42,847 nt of DNA, taken from NCBI GenBank assembly GCA_001821615.1, contig MHMS01000022.1, positions 1 to 42,847 of the forward strand, given 5' to 3'. A program made the translations under genes and the position numbers. Below the pieces are notes generated by a model. The model was not told where the DNA came from, searched no databases, and saw only the letters and a list, made by a program, of their open reading frames with translations. Below, one piece after another: positions 41,639 to 42,847 of this stretch. How positions within the stretch are numbered: position 1 is the stretch's first letter; each line of letters starts with the position of its first letter. This DNA comes from Candidatus Niyogibacteria bacterium RIFCSPLOWO2_12_FULL_41_13. Its GTDB lineage: Bacteria; Patescibacteriota; Minisyncoccia; 2-12-FULL-41-13.

Positions 41639-42795
41639 AAACTTTCTACTTTCTCAAAAATGTTTTTCATTTGCGTTGAAATTTTATCCCAGGAATATTT
41701 TTCTTCAACTAATTTAAGCCCGTTTTGAATTATTTGTTCCCGCAATTCTTTGTTTTCCAACAGTTCTTTTGTCTTTGCCGCCAAATTTTCCGGGTTGTCA
41801 ATTTCGCAAAACAAACCGGTTTTGCGGTCTTTTAAAAAATCAGGAATGCCGCCAACATTTGTGCCAATTATCGGCAAACCGCAAGCCATTGCTTCAATAA
41901 AAGCGCTTCCTAATCCTTCAGAACGCGACGGCCTTACAAAGACATCGGAAATAAAAAGATATTGATAGACGTCTTCCGGCGGCACTGCGCCCAAAAATAT
42001 TACCGAATCTTTTAATCCCGAGTCTTCGGCTTGTTTTTTTAAGTTTTGTTTTAAACAACCATCTCCGATTATTAAAAATTTTATACTATTTAAAGCGTAT
42101 TTTTGGTGAAGGATTTTTAACGCCGAAATAGTCGCATCAACCGCGTTTTTCTCAACCAATCTTGAAACTGTAATTATAATTTTTTCGTCTTCTTTTATAT
42201 TTAATTCATTTTTTAACCTTGACTTGTAATTTTGAATTTTGAATTTTGAATTTTGAATTTTCTTTAAGTCCGCTCCGTTCGGCGCGATTTCAATAATTTC
42301 CGGCCTTGCTCCGGCTCTAATCGCTTCTTCTTTCAAATAATTGCTGATGGCTTGGATATAATCGGCGCTTTTGACGATTTTTTTTAAAAATAATCCCGCT
42401 AAACCGAATTTTTTATCAGGCGAGTAATCGCCTTCTTGTAGAGTTAATAAAAAAGGAACTTTTTGATAAAATTTTTTGGTCAACCACGCGGCGATTCCGC
42501 CGTAAGAAGCCATTATCGCCCAGATTAAATTAAAGTTGTTGGCTTTTAGGAATGACTTAGCTTTTAGGAATCCAAAAATTGGAAGCAGGTATTTATCAAA
42601 AGAAAAGCCGAATCCCACCCGATAAACTTCAACATTGCCGATTTTCTCGCTTTTAGGCAATTGGCGGTTCATTCGGCTAGTGATGAGAAAAAATCTGTAT
42701 TCCGGCAGGCGGTCGGTAATTTCTTTAACTGCCAATTCCGCTCCGCCAATGAGCGGCAGGTAGGCTGTTGAAAAAATCAACACATTTTTTGCCAT
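41635..42795 (-). CDS. Glycosyltransferase family 4
   Basis: N-terminal STAYLPLIGGAELAV and C-terminal PSRSEGLGSAFIEAMACGLPIIGTNVGG. It contains an in-frame perfect heptamer array. Confidence 0.8.
   Translation of the reverse strand: MAKNVLIFSTAYLPLIGGAELAVKEITDRLPEYRFFLITSRMNRQLPKSEKIGNVEVYRVGFGFSFDKYLLPIFGFLKAKSFLKANNFNLIWAIMASYGGIAAWLTKKFYQKVPFLLTLQEGDYSPDKKFGLAGLFLKKIVKSADYIQAISNYLKEEAIRAGARPEIIEIAPNGADLKKIQNSKFKIQNYKSRLKNELNIKEDEKIIITVSRLVEKNAVDATISALKILHQKYALNSIKFLIIGDGCLKQNLKKQAEDSGLKDSVIFLGAVPPEDVYQYLFISDVFVRPSRSEGLGSAFIEAMACGLPIIGTNVGGIPDFLKDRKTGLFCEIDNPENLAAKTKELLENKELREQIIQNGLKLVEEKYSWDKISTQMKNIFEKVESL
42226..42261. repeat. Heptamer array with four perfect TTTTGAA units (42230-42257) inside the glycosyltransferase gene
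   Basis: Reads gtaa ttttgaa ttttgaa ttttgaa ttttgaa tttt. Encodes KIQNSKFKIQNY on the minus strand. Confidence 0.9.
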
Positions 42796-42847
42796 AATCT
42801 TAAAACATAGCGTAAAATCAAGTAGTTTTCAATTTTTTAGAAATTTT

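Noticed and set aside
222-42261. Heptamer arrays, or the 145-bp repeats, as CRISPR arrays
   Set aside because: The units are 7 nt and directly tandem, with no spacers. The 145-bp element has only two copies, 2.2 kb apart, separated by genes. No cas genes are present.
1-42847. Integrase, transposase, relaxase, toxin-antitoxin or known defence-system genes that could explain the cassettes and repeats
   Set aside because: Going through every ORF of at least 60 aa, I recognised none by motif. Absence is based on my reading only and should be confirmed with HMM searches.

Overview
This is an A+T-rich bacterial contig, roughly one-third G+C by eye. Genes are small and tightly packed, often with overlapping stop/start codons. 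Several proteins are reduced in size (344-aa Pgk; UvrC without its C-terminal HhH2 region) and several starts look leaderless. I infer a Candidate Phyla Radiation / Patescibacteria (Parcubacteria-like) genome.

Gene content from left to right:
- uvrC (5' partial), a pilMNO-type type IV pilus assembly operon, and tRNA-His.
- Housekeeping genes: HD hydrolase, DJ-1/PfpI, a SpoU methyltransferase, RtcB plus archease, PGI/PMI, and a glutaredoxin-like protein.
- A roughly 12-kb minus-strand cluster (9.2-21.2 kb) encoding a minimal Gram-positive-style type IV secretion-like apparatus. It has a VirB2-like pilin, a VirB4 ATPase, a PrgI/VirB3-like protein, a TrbL/VirB6-like protein and a large CARDB-repeat surface protein. 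No relaxase or coupling protein is present.
- tpiA-pgk, a DHH phosphoesterase, RNase HI, an atypical tRNA-like gene, a D-aminoacylase-like amidohydrolase, pheST, and a DksA/TraR-like protein.
- comM/yifB.
- An envelope glycosylation block: an O-antigen-ligase/TPR protein, an M23 peptidase, three glycosyltransferases, an ArsR regulator and a DUF218 protein.

No rRNA genes, CRISPR array, integrase or transposase are visible.

The most unusual features are:
1. Two tandem, integrase-less, promoter-bearing single-gene cassettes inserted in the 3' end of comM. They are bounded by a perfect 24-bp direct repeat and carry a spare comM 3' end. One cassette has a clearly foreign, G+C-rich ORF behind a structured leader.
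2. A G+C-rich element of about 355 nt, built from nested helices, immediately upstream of comM.
3. A 145-bp element with terminal inverted repeats, present twice inside the T4SS-like operon and abutting start codons.
4. Degenerate heptanucleotide tandem arrays throughout the window, both in intergenic spacers and in frame inside genes.
5. An 84-nt tRNA-like gene with a non-canonical anticodon region.
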